Notes: generated by a model from the letters alone, not told the origin. 31,747 nt of DNA from Octopus sinensis (GCF_006345805.1 NW_021829648.1:1-31747); one strand, 5' to 3'; counted from the stretch's first letter, positions 9,186 to 20,233 are shown. Numbers and translations: made by a program.

Positions 9186-9639
9186 CAGCTTCTGGGCTAC
9201 TCTCTATACGCAGCCATTTCATTCCTCTCCATTTTCGCTCTCACTGTTCTATACTCTGTCGTCCCTCTTCTGCTCTCCTCAATCTTTTCCCCTTTTTAAC
9301 TGTCGTCCTCCCCCTCTCTCTCTCTCTCTCTCTCACTCTCACTCTCATCGACTCCGACGCTCACCTTTTCCTCCTTTTTGTTCTTTCGGTCTCTTGATTG
9401 CCCATTCAAATGTCAGTGAAGACAAATCAACGGCACTCGATCTGCTTGTGCTGATATTAATAGCCAGCTTGCAAATATCTGGGGAATTAGCTTAAACAGT
9501 CAAAAGACAAAAAGCGGCATATGTCGTTCTCGTCTCCTACCCATCAACCTCACAAACTCTGCTTTGTCTTACTTCCCCTCCATTTTTTTCTTTTCTTTTT
9601 CTTTCTGCATATATTTCTGTCCAGTTAGCTGGCGAATAC

Positions 9640-9671
9640 GTGTGCGTTCGAGTGAGTTCGAGTGAGTTTGA

Positions 9672-9711
<40 letters not shown>

Positions 9712-10055
9712 AAATGTGTGTGTAAGTGTTTGTATGCGTGTGTATGTATGTGTGTGTGCGGGTGTATGTGTGTGTGCATAAGTGTGTGTGTGTGTGTGTG
9801 CACGCGTGTTTGTGCGCGTGTGTGTACTTACGTGCGTGTGTGTGTATAAGTGTGTGTGCGTGCGTGTGTGTATGCATGTGTGCGTGAGCGCCTATGTGTG
9901 TGTGCGCGCGTGTGACAGTGTGTGAGTACTTACGTGCGTGTGTGAGAGTGTGTGTGTACCTACGTGTGTGCGTGTGTATGTGCGTGCGTGTGTGTACTGT
10001 ACTTACGTGCGTGTGTGAATGTACTTACGTGTGTGTTTGTGTGTGTGTGTGTGTC
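9640..10055. repeat. Degenerate (TG)n/(TGCG)n array
   Basis: Directly visible, with recurring tacttacgtg interruptions. Confidence 0.9.
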
Positions 10056-10371
10056 AGTTCGAGAAAGAACGGAAACAATAAAGGAAACAACAACAGCAAA
10101 TCGCTTCTGAATGAGACTGAAAGCTAACGGATTCTGATAGTGAAATTCATTGTTGTCAGAGATATTAAGACGACGTGAGCATCGTTACGTGATACCGATT
10201 TGAGAAGACAAAACGCATTAAAAATCCATAATGGCGTTGATCCCGATTTTATAATATTGATCATTATTGAATACAGGCAAAAACCAAAAAGATATCATCT
10301 CCGTTGTTCGTAAAACTGCTAAATATTGCAGCCAAATCTTCCTCAAAATCAAACCCTTCTATCTTTTAAAA

Positions 10372-10974
10372 CAGTGGTTCTCAACTGGGGTCCACGTGGC
10401 CCTTGATGGTGGTGGGGAGTGTCCATATAAGATTTTGGTGTTAAAATTTATCTTTTATTTTTTATCTTTTATCATTAACGTGTTTCAATCATTACACTGC
10501 GGCCATACTGGGGCACTGCTTTAAAGAATTTTACTCGAATGAATTGACCCCAGGACTTATTTTCTTTTCTATTTTTTTTTTTCCTTTTTACAAAGACTGG
10601 TACTTATTTGACCGGTCTCTTTTGCCGAACCGCAAATTACGGGGATGTAAACAAACTAATACCGGTCGCCAAGCGGTGGTGGGGCACAAACACATACTCA
10701 AAGACACACCCCTCTACCAAATTTACTCACAAGGCTTTGGTCAGCCCGAGGCTATAGTAGAATATACTTGCCCAAGGTGCCACGCATTGGGACCGAGCCC
10801 GGTGCAATAAATTGGTTATACTTTATAATACACAAAATATTATAGTTTTTTTTACACAATTAATATATTGTGTAACTTATAATTAATAATACTTAATTAC
10901 AAAACTACAATAAGAGGTCCATTCGAGTAAAATCATAGGGATCCATAGATAAAAAAAATGGTTGAGAACGACTG
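10372..10974. mobile_element. hAT (Charlie-type) MITE with a nested SINE
   Basis: TIRs CAGTGGTTCTCAAC (10372) and GTTGAGAACGACTG (ends 10974), 13/14 match. Perfect 8-bp TSD TTTTAAAA at 10364-10371 and 10975-10982. Confidence 0.9.
10450..10803 (-). mobile_element. SINE family A nested in the hAT MITE, 5'-truncated at the B-box
   Basis: 3' half, short CA spacer and CORE-like half (cacaaggctttggtcagcccgaggctatagtagaatatacttgcccaaggtgccacgca). Confidence 0.85.
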
Positions 10975-11040
10975 TTTTAAAATTAAGAAATGTCACATTA
11001 AACCAATCTTGTCGTAGATATTATAGTATATCTGTAAATA

Positions 11041-11450
11041 GGCGTAGGAGTGGCTGTGTGGTAAGAAGCTTGCTTACAAACCACATGGTTCCGGGTTCAG
11101 TCCCACTGCGTGGCACTTTGGGCAAGCGTCTTCTACTATAGCCTCGGGCTGACCAAAGCCTTGTGAGTGGATTTGGTGGACAGAAACTGAAAGAAGCCTG
11201 TCGTATATATGTACATATATATGTGTGTAAGTGTGTGTGTATATGATTGTGCGTCTGTGTTTGTCCCCCCAACATCGCTTGACAACCGATGCTGGTGTGT
11301 TTATGTCCCCGTCACTTAGCGGTTCGGCAAAAGAGACCGATAGAATAAGTACTAGGCTTACAAAGAATAAGTCCTGGGGTCGATTTGCTTGACTAAAGGC
11401 GGTGCTCCAGCATGGCCACAGTCAAATGATTGAAACAATTAAAAGAGTAA
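11041..11450 (+). mobile_element. SINE family A, full length: tRNA head, CORE-like domain, internal microsatellite, 3' domain
   Basis: A-box tggctgtgtgg, B-box ggttcagtccc, ctttgggcaagcgtctt (CORE-like), TA/TG spacer at ~11205-11255, tail aaaagagtaa. Confidence 0.92.
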
Positions 11451-11460
11451 TATAGAATTG

Positions 11461-11548
11461 GATGATCACTTCTGGAACACCATTGATCTTTCGTCTGTTC
11501 GACCAGTGTTAACTTAGAACTAAACAATAACAACGATAACAACAACAC
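11461..11548 (+). mobile_element. Family E tail fragment ending in (AAC)n
   Basis: ttgatc...tctgttcgaccagtgttaacttagaactaaacaataacaac. Confidence 0.45.
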
Positions 11549-11822
11549 TTAAACACGTGTAAACACTACACTAAACATCAGCAAACTCAACTATTAATCC
11601 TATCGAACGCTATACTAAATATTTTAGAATATGACCTATCAAATTTCCTTAAACACTATCTGTTTATATACATGTCAGTAGATCATTCATCATAGGACAA
11701 ATACATATACACATATGTGTGTATGTGCGCGCGCATATGCGTGTGTACGTGCGCATTTGCGTGTATGTGTGTGCGTGTTTGTATCACACAAACACACACA
11801 CACACACACATGTATATATACA

Positions 11823-11924
11823 ATCCACTCACTAGGCTTTGGTCAGCCCAAGATGCCATGCAGTGGGACTGACCCCGGAACCATGTGGTTGGGAAGCAAA
11901 CTTCTAACCACACAGCTACACCTA
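11823..11924 (-). mobile_element. SINE family A head with an internal deletion between gccc microhomologies
   Basis: ggctttggtcagccc|aagatgcc lacks the segment present in other copies between two gccc motifs. Confidence 0.8.
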
Positions 11925-11944
11925 TCATATATATACATACATAG

Positions 11945-12123
<179 letters not shown>

Positions 12124-12552
12124 CTGGTTGAGTGATATTTTTAGTGTCTCTGAGCTACAGACGTTATAAAACAATATAGATGTATTTAATTACCCCATTT
12201 GACAGTTTTGTGTTGTCTCTGGGGCGTGTGTGCGTGCGTGCGTACGTAGTTGATATCGTTATACTCACAAACGTATACGCATGCAAACAAATACATTTTT
12301 ACACACACACATATGTATGTAGGCATGTATGTATGTATGATAATCTGAAATTTAATGTAGGTATGCTTATAAATTTTTTCAATAATACGCCTCGCTACGA
12401 AACAAATATAAACAAATGTTTATGCATCTCCATGGACAGAGTACTGCTGCGATCATCCTGACTAGCTTCATCTTCATTTAGAGACCTGTCGGAGAACAAA
12501 TATGCTCGTTTTCAACTCAGAGATAATGATTTCTTACATAGTATGGAGTGAG

Positions 12553-12749
12553 TAGTGATTAGTCGATTAAATCGAGCCACGTATTTGATTGATATTGTAT
12601 ACTATTGACTTCGGGAGGACGAAAGGCAAAATTGACACCACCAGGACGAAAGGTAAAGTTTGCACAAGCAGAATATGAATTCAGGACATAAAAGCTGAAG
12701 CAAACACCGCAAGGTATTTTCCCCGATGCTCTAACGATTCTGCCAATCC
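12553..12749 (-). mobile_element. SINE family C, degraded, with an internal duplication
   Basis: agtcgattaaatcga...ggacgaaagg(c/t)aaa twice...ctaacgattctgcca. Confidence 0.65.
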
Positions 12750-13959
12750 ATGATGTCTGGAAACAGACTGGGTGTAATTACAGCCTTAATATTCAGTTTG
12801 CATTGCAATGAATGAGTCCATACTGTCCCTTTACGTGATCACGCGCAGCCTTTGTTTCATTTGTATCTATTCTCTTCAAAGCTGTCAATGGATATACTAC
12901 CGCTTTGGTAATATGCAGTGCAATACGCACACACAGCCATCAGAGTGGAGCGTAAAAGTTGATGTTATTCTATTAGCTTAGCATTTATATTAATAACGCC
13001 CAGTCACGGAGTCAATCAGCAACTCCAGTGTACAGCCAATAGACCAGGGGCAGACATCTTTATCGCGATTATGGAAACCTCTTCACGCAGAGTTATTTTC
13101 TTTCATCTTTTCCCAATGCCATTTGCCGTGCATTATATGGACATCGTCGAGTCCAGTAATTATCTCCAAGCATTTCTAGCGTCACCGAAGAAACAAATTA
13201 GTTACAAGAGACGTTTTGGACGAATTCTTTCTATGATTTCCTTAGAGTTTTCTCATTGCATCTTCTGTTTCGCTAACAACATTAGCCCTGTCTAAACCAT
13301 ACTTGTAAATACTTTGTCTGCTAAACACTTTTTTCTAACCACTCCTCCCGTGACCTCCATGAATCCCTTTTAGTCTTCTTTACAGCTCAACTCTTTTTCA
13401 TTTCACCTTCCATCAACAACCTTCCCCTCTTCTTCCTCACTTCCCCTTCGTCGTCGTTCTCCTCCTTCTCTTCCTCCCTCTCCTCCTCCTCCTGTTTACT
13501 TCTACCTTTGGACTGCCTCTAATGATTTAGGCCTATTATGCAATTACTCCACAACTATATAACATATATATGTATATTTGTGTACGTGTGCATGCGTATG
13601 TGTGTATGAGTGTGTGTTTGTGAGTGTGTGTGCGCGCGCGCGCGTGTATGTGTGTACGCATGTATGCTTGTATGCATACATACTCACATACACACATACA
13701 ACGGGCTTCTGCACAGTTTTTCAAGACATGATACATGTCAGATTACATTATGCAGCAAATCATTCCTTTTTTTTTTTATTCTTGTGACGATAGGGAGTTA
13801 CTTGAGAGAGATTTTTCTCCAACATCAACCAAATCGGAAAAAAAAAGAAACCCACAGAGGCTCTCTTCAAGATTGTCAGGGTTTAACCAAAGTGTAAATA
13901 ACAACACTGGCTATCAATCTTTCACGTTACTAATTACTAGAAGTTAATTAATAATAGTT

Positions 13960-14170
13960 TCTGATTTAGGCTGAGAGCAAACAAATACGAATGGACGATT
14001 TAGTTGATACATCGATCCAGTACCTGAATTGTACTATACTCTATCGACCCCGAAAGAAAGAAAGAAAACGTTGACCTCCGGTGGAATTTTGACTCAGTAT
14101 GTTAAGAGCCGGAAAAAATATCGTAAAGTATTTTGTCCGATGCTCCAACGACTCTGCCAGTTCACGGCCT
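13960..14170 (-). mobile_element. SINE family C, degraded
   Basis: tatcgaccccgaaag...ggaattttgactcag...aacgactctgccagttc. Confidence 0.7.
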
Positions 14171-14195
14171 TGAAGCTAGTTAATGATCAACTTTT

Positions 14196-14385
14196 CTACA
14201 AGGGAGGAAATTTTTGAGGGGAGAGCGCTAGTCGAATACATTGACCCCAGTGCACAACCCCGAAAAGATGAAAGGCGAAACCAACCTCTGTAGAATTTGA
14301 ACTCAGAACGTAAAAATGAACGAAATGCCGCTAAGCATTTTCTCCAGGTCCAGCGTGCTAACGATTCTTCAAGCTCACCACCTCG
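14196..14385 (-). mobile_element. SINE family C
   Basis: ccccgaaaagatgaaaggc...gaatttgaactcagaacgt...gaaatgccgctaagcattt...gctaacgattct. Confidence 0.75.
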
Positions 14386-14467
14386 AAGTTAATGGTTTCA
14401 AATTTTGGTGCATAAAATTTCGAGGGAGGGGTTCAGTCGATTACTGCCACTTCGCCGCTTTAAGTTA

Positions 14468-14684
14468 AGGTGGCGAACTGGCAGAATCGATAGGACGCCG
14501 GGCAAAATGCTTGGCGACATTTTCTGTCTTTATTGCCTGGGCTCAAATTCCGCTGAGGTTGATTTTGCCTTTCAGCCTTTCGGAGTCGACAAAAACAAGT
14601 TCCAGTTGAACACTGGAGTTGAAGTAATCGACTTAACCCCATCCCTGAAATTGCTGGCCTTGTGCCAACATTTGAAGTCAATAT
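14468..14684 (+). mobile_element. SINE family C, full copy inverted against the preceding ones
   Basis: aaggtggcgaactggcagaatcg...ggctcaaattccgctgaggttgattttgcctttcagcctttcggagtcga...aaattgctggccttgtgcc. Confidence 0.82.
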
Positions 14685-15217
14685 AAGTATTAGTTGGTTG
14701 GTTGGTTGGTTGATTTTCCGGACACGCTTTACATCGTGTAGAAAGAGGTGGAGAGAGAATAAAAGAGAAATACGGTGAGTGGATAAACATGAGAGGTGCA
14801 GAATGAGTGTCTTATAATTTGCTGAAAACTACATAAATTTTAATGAAATTTTGCAGAGATAGGTTTGCGATTATGTCGATAAAATTTAGAAAAATAATAA
14901 CATATATTTATTGCAAATGTACAAATGAGAAATTTGTTTTATTTAATTTTATTTCAAAGTAATGAAGATTTTTCGGTTGAAAATTAGCATTCATTTCATC
15001 ATTTTGTATAAACACCAAAAATTTAGACTATAATTACTCATGTATATCATATTTCTTTATATTACCCACGGTGGCAAAAGTGTACTTACAATGTTACCCA
15101 TCGTACGACGGTTAACACTCCAGTTTATTTATAACTACACTTAAAACTGGACGGTCACGCCAGGAAAGCCTTTTATCAGACTCACAGGTTTGCAGTAAAA
15201 AAGATATGCATATATGT

Positions 15218-15540
15218 GAAGGCGCGTGGCTTAGTGGGTGGGGCATTCAGCTCACGATCATAAGGTCGTGCGTTCAATTCCCTACGACGCGTTGTGTCCT
15301 TGAGCAAGACACTTTATTTCACGTTGCTCCAGTCCACTCAGCCAGCAAAAATGAGTAGTACCTGTATTTCAAAGGGCCAGCCTTGTCACATTCTGTGTCA
15401 CGCTGAATCTCCCTGAGATCTACGTTAAGGGTACGCGTATCTGTGGGGTGCTCAGCCACTTGCACGTTAATTTCACGAACAAGCTGTTCTGTTGATCGGA
15501 TCAAATGGAATCTTAGTCGTCGTAACCGACGGATTGCCAG
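15218..15540 (+). mobile_element. SINE family B, full length, tail variant 2
   Basis: A-box tggcttagtgg, B-box gttcaattcc, CORE-like gtgtccttgagcaagacactt, and a long tail unrelated to that of 1664-1888. Confidence 0.88.
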
Positions 15541-15567
15541 GTTTTTTTGTTTGTTTTTTATGTTATT

Positions 15568-15787
15568 TCTACTATAGGCACAAAAGACATGGAATTTTGA
15601 GGGATAGGGCTTGTCGATTACATCGATCTCATTATTTGACTGGTACTTATTTCATCGCCTCCCCCTCCCTCGAAAGGATAAAAAGCATAAATCAGTCGTA
15701 ACGGAATTTGAATTCAGAACGTAAATAAGGAGGAAATGGCGCTAAGCATTTTCTCCGGTGTGCTTAACGATCCTGCCAGTTCACCGG
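15568..15787 (-). mobile_element. SINE family C
   Basis: gtcgattacatcga...ctggtacttattt...ggaatttgaattcagaacgt...gctaagcatttt...ctgccagttc. Confidence 0.75.
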
Positions 15788-16176
15788 AGAGAGTTCCACT
15801 TGATCCCATCAACGGAATCCTGAATTACTCCACAACTATATAAACATATATATGTATGTTTGTGTATGAGTGTGCGTGCGTGTAATACTTAAGAGAGTAA
15901 TACTTAAGAGAGGCAACTCTGGATAGATCTTATTAAAGCAATATCCTTAACTAAAATGCAGTCAACAACATTGACTGGTTTGCGCCAGTAGACTACCAGG
16001 TCGTGGAATTTACTGTAGTATTAGCGCCAAGCAGTGTTTCGGTATAATCAAAGTTTAGGCTAGTTAAAACATGTTTGTGACATATTTCAACTGCTAAAAG
16101 GCAAATTCTCTGCAGTTACTGCAGAGAAAATTTTCTCATACGGTAAAAAAGGGTAAAAACAACATATCTGTCCAGT

Positions 16177-16258
16177 GGGGGTCAATTTGTTCGATTAAAG
16201 CCTTGAAGGCGATGCACCAGCATAGTCACAGTCCAATGACTGAAACAAAAGTAAAAAA
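16177..16258 (+). mobile_element. SINE family A, 3' tip
   Basis: ggggtcaatttgttcgattaaag...aggcgatgcaccagcat...aatgactgaaacaaaagtaaaa. Confidence 0.65.
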
Positions 16259-16418
16259 ATAAATTACATTTTTATAAGGTCTAATGAATTGCCTCCACCC
16301 CAACTTCGAATCGAACACGGATCCTGTACTAGGCTATTATCCTACATTACTTACAACAAAACAATAAAGATCATTAACATATAAATAATACATGAGGAGG
16401 TAAGGGTTTAATTTTCCT

Positions 16419-16618
16419 CTCTTTCTCTCTTTCTCCCTCTCTCTGTCTCTTTCTTTCCCTCTCTCTCACTCTCTTTATTTCTTTCTTCCCTACTTTCTTC
16501 ATCTTTACGTCTCCCCTTCTCCTTCTATGTCTCTTCTCTCTCTATCTCGGTTTTTCCACATTAAACTCTCGAGAATGTTGTTTACTGTTGTTATAATTTA
16601 TCTTAAGTAATCTACGAT

Positions 16619-16707
<89 letters not shown>

Positions 16708-16791
16708 TTGACACGCACACATACATATATTTGTGCGTGTATGTGTGTATGTATAATATATACATGTATATATATACATACATATATATAT

Positions 16792-16838
<47 letters not shown>

Positions 16839-16860
16839 TTATATATTATATGTGTGTATG
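16419..16860. repeat. CT-rich low-complexity tract followed by a (TA)n/(TG)n array
   Basis: Directly visible. Confidence 0.9.
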
Positions 16861-17415
16861 CATTACTTTCACTTCTTCTCAAAACGTAATAAAAGAAACA
16901 GTTTAAAGAAAAATAAAGAGCAAGAAATTCTCCAGGAAGAACGAAAACATTCTAATAGTTGGCTCGTTTAACAAAAATATCTAAAAAGATAATGACAAGA
17001 TAATTTTCAAATACCATTATTTTCGTGAATTTTTTCAATGTAATTTTCTTTTTTCTTTTTTCTTTTATTTTTTGTAAGAAATGCGTGTGGGGGCTTTTTG
17101 CTTTTCTAGCTTTTTGTCTTTTTTTTTTTCATTAAAAAGCTTATAATTAATAATTTTTTTTATAAGAAACATGAAGTTATTTTCAAAGATTAAAGTTAAA
17201 AGAATTGAAAACGTAATTTTTTTTTCTTTTCGCTTTCATTCGCTTTCACTCTTTTTCTCTCTTCTCCGCCCCAGTCTTTCGTTTCTGTTCTTTGTTTCTT
17301 TCGTCCTTATTTTTTCCTTCTGATTTTTTAATTTTATTTATATATTTTCTTTTTCTTCTGAAAGAACATCTGTAACGAGCTAAAAACATTAGGAAGCCTT
17401 TAAAAGATAAAAGTA

Positions 17416-17462
<47 letters not shown>

Positions 17463-17552
17463 CAACAACAACAACAACAACAACGACGACGACGACGAGG
17501 ACAACGACGATGATGATGGTGATGACGACGTTGACGATGACAGTGATAACGG

Positions 17553-17585
<33 letters not shown>

Positions 17586-17755
17586 CGATGTTGACGATGA
17601 CAGTGATAACGGTGATGATGATGATGACTACGACGTTGACGATGACAATGATAACGGTGATGATGATGATGATGATGATGATGACGACGACGACGACGAC
17701 GACGACGACGTTAACGATGAAAATGATTACGGTGACGATGTTGATGATGATGATT
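17416..17755 (+). repeat. Compound trinucleotide array (AAT)n-(AAC)n-(GAC)n-(GAT)n with a four-fold higher-order unit
   Basis: The unit gtt gac gat gac agt gat aac ggt, or a variant of it, occurs at 17530, 17590, 17635 and 17710. Confidence 0.95.
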
Positions 17756-17790
17756 TAGGAACAAGTTCAACAATTTTCAGAGAAGACGAG

Positions 17791-17879
17791 AAGTCGATTG
17801 CATCGACTCCAGTACTCGGCTGGTATTTCAGTTTGATCGACCCCGAAAGGATAAAAGGTAGATTTAATATCGGTGGAAT
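17791..17879 (-). mobile_element. SINE family C, central fragment
   Basis: aagtcgattgcatcgactccagtact...gatcgaccccgaaaggataaaagg. Confidence 0.7.
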
Positions 17880-17889
17880 AATAATAATG

Positions 17890-18250
17890 ACTTTGAATAA
17901 TATTTCCTTTGGGCCTTGGTATTTTCTACATTTACATCTCTGCAATACATGTAATATCTTCTCTTCACTTATCTTTCTGAGTGCTACTTCTTCGTGTTTA
18001 GTTATTCGTATTATTGCTCTGTTGTGCATTATTTCATCGTACATTGTTTTGTGTTCTATATACTCTTCATATACTATCATACAAATAAATACTTGATGTA
18101 TGTTAAAACTCACCATCTCTAATCTATGAAGTCAACCATTCGTTTTTACCTTAGCCAAGACTGCGTTACAAAACAACATCTGTTTTCAGATCTTAGCATT
18201 AACATTCTCTGGCCACAATTTTGCTTCTTGATCAATGTTTTTCGTAGGAA
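17890..18250 (-). mobile_element. Degenerate LINE ORF2 fragment (L1/Tx1-like, region just before the RT core)
   Basis: ISEEKILHVLQRCKCRKYQGPKEILFKV resembles the domain-0 pattern I(S/T)xEEIxxxLxxxKxxKxPGPDGIPxE. The frame extends upstream through two stops. Confidence 0.55.
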
Positions 18251-18524
18251 GATACCAGTAAAGATAGAAAATACGGTAAATTAAAATCTGATACTGAATA
18301 AAACTAAAACAGATTTAATGCTTTTAAACTTGTCCAACACCACGAGGTTGAAAGAATAATTATAAGGATACAAAGAGCAGGAGCAAAAGCTAATTGACAA
18401 AGAGTGGGAGCAAAAAAACAATCAGTCATATTTAAGAAGCTGACTTATATTTATTAATTTTAGAACCATTACTCTCAATGGAGATTTGCTGAGAGACTGT
18501 ATGATTAGAAAGTTCGTTTCATAG

Positions 18525-18635
18525 TTGAGTGGTTCTGGGTTCAGTAACCTTTTGAGTGAATGTTTTCTACCATAATGTCGTGTTGATCCAAGCCGAGTAA
18601 AATCAGGCTGACGGAAACTGCGAGAGAAGACTCTT
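18525..18635 (+). mobile_element. SINE family A head, very degraded
   Basis: ggttctgggttcagt...ttttctaccata...gacggaaactg. Confidence 0.5.
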
Positions 18636-18692
18636 AGATGGATTGCACCAGTAAAAATTCCTGATGGGCTCTGTCCTTCCCTGTCAAATTAA

Positions 18693-18882
18693 CCGTTTAG
18701 CGTTTAAATGGGCTGCATCCAGTTTTATGTTCAAACTGACCAAATCTAGCCTCTTACGCCTACCCTACAATGTCATTCTAAAAATATACAATCACATCAT
18801 CAAAATATCAAAGCTCTGGAATAATGCATGGTTACTTCAAAACAATAAGATTACATTTGACAGAATAATCGATGTTAAAGGG
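18693..18882. mobile_element. piggyBac-like MITE (190 bp)
   Basis: TTAA at 18689-18692 and 18883-18886. Imperfect TIRs CCGTTTAGCGTT and GATGTTAAAGGG (8/12). Confidence 0.75.
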
Positions 18883-18999
18883 TTAAGACATAAAAAAGAA
18901 ACATTTACGATGCCGCGCTCACCGTACGTACCTATTCCTTGAATAACATCCATTTATTCACTCTAAATATCTCATATATAAAGTTTCACATACCTATAC

Positions 19000-19520
19000 T
19001 CTACGGTGATTTACTCCTCATCTAGCCGTGCCCTGAATAATGGATTGTCTATTTCCCATCTGTTTAACGCTACGAATATGCACCACATTCGGACTACTGC
19101 GGCGAAGCGGCTGATTTGTTAAAGCATATGACAAAATTACTTATGTTATTAGTTCCGTCTCTCCACACTTGAAATGCCTTTCATCTTTATGACGTTGATA
19201 AAATAAAGCACTAGTTCAGGACGATGAGTTAACAGATGTTAACTGACGGTATTGTTAGTACGTTGAACTAGATAACTTGTGAAATTTGTTCCGACTTTGT
19301 GTTCTGAGTATCACTAACTGACCCCTGGGTACTTTTGGCAAAGTTCATTCTGTTGTTAGCAATCAGTCCAGCTCTCAAGCTTGTAGATAACTTCCTTCCA
19401 ATTGTCTTCAGCTTCATGCAAAAATAGAAGGTCATTGGCTATGTTCTTCAGTTCGAAAATAAACGGTAAAAAAACAAAATACCAGGAAGCCATGGTCACA
19501 GTAAAATTTTCTTTGTTTAA
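19000..19520 (-). mobile_element. Possible second, highly degenerate LINE ORF2 fragment (post-RT region)
   Basis: EDNWKEVIYKLESWTDC*QQNELCQKYPGV resembles the L1/Tx1 pattern NWxxVxxKxxxxxxxWxxRxLSxxG. Many stops. Confidence 0.35.
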
Positions 19521-19869
19521 CACCACCATCCTGATAAAAAAAAGGAGGACACCCTGGACAAAATATTTATCGACAAACTATGTCTAGATGAAATAAAAAA
19601 AGAATGGGTGTTGCGGATAGAATACAACTGAAAATAGATCTGTCGATCAAAGTTGACTTGCAGTAAAACACCTAAGACTACAAACAACAATCGTGAACGT
19701 GTAGGAAAAGTAAAATATAAATATAAATAGAAAAAGATAAATATGAATAGATTAAATATCAATTTCACGCACTGGTGTGATGTAATCAGATCTTACTTGA
19801 CCTTTTGTGGTCAGAGAGTTCAATCAACGATTGATCATCTATATTGACTTCAAGAGAGGATTGGACTGC

Positions 19870-19910
19870 AGATATGCATACTAATCTACATACATAAATA
19901 CATACATACA

Positions 19911-19943
<33 letters not shown>

Positions 19944-20184
19944 CAGACATACATACACATACACGTGCATACATATTTATAAAAGATAAACAAACAGTAC
20001 TATCCGTACATGATAGTACGAAAACGTACAATTATGACTTGATATGTGTATTTATGAAGCATAGTAGATATTAAACATACATTAATACTTACTTCAGTAC
20101 ATGCATACACGGGTACGCACGTAATAAATATTCACGTAAATTTGACGAATTATAGAGACTTGCACCGAAGCATATATACATGTG

Positions 20185-20233
<49 letters not shown>

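Noticed and set aside
11041-11115. tRNA-like A/B boxes here and at 1664, 7434, 14468, 15218 and 23979
   Set aside because: No complete cloverleaf or acceptor stem, and each continues into a SINE body. These are SINE heads, not tRNA genes.
14770-15080. AT-rich stretch with aattttaatgaaattttg words reminiscent of Tc1/mariner subterminal sequence
   Set aside because: Could not find a TIR pair or TA TSD.
16320-16350. Minus-strand TAGCCTAGT…GTTCGATTC resembling Pol III A and B boxes (~16300-16345)
   Set aside because: Spacing is too short and there is no tRNA or SINE body; likely chance.
17510-17758. Poly-Met/Thr ORF
   Set aside because: Alternative frame of the (GAT/GAC)n microsatellite.
18190-18275. 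Plus-strand AG…GT exon-like segment (LSINILWPQFCFLINVFRRKIPVKIENT)
   Set aside because: Overlaps the antisense of the LINE-like fragment and has a weak donor; more simply explained as chance.
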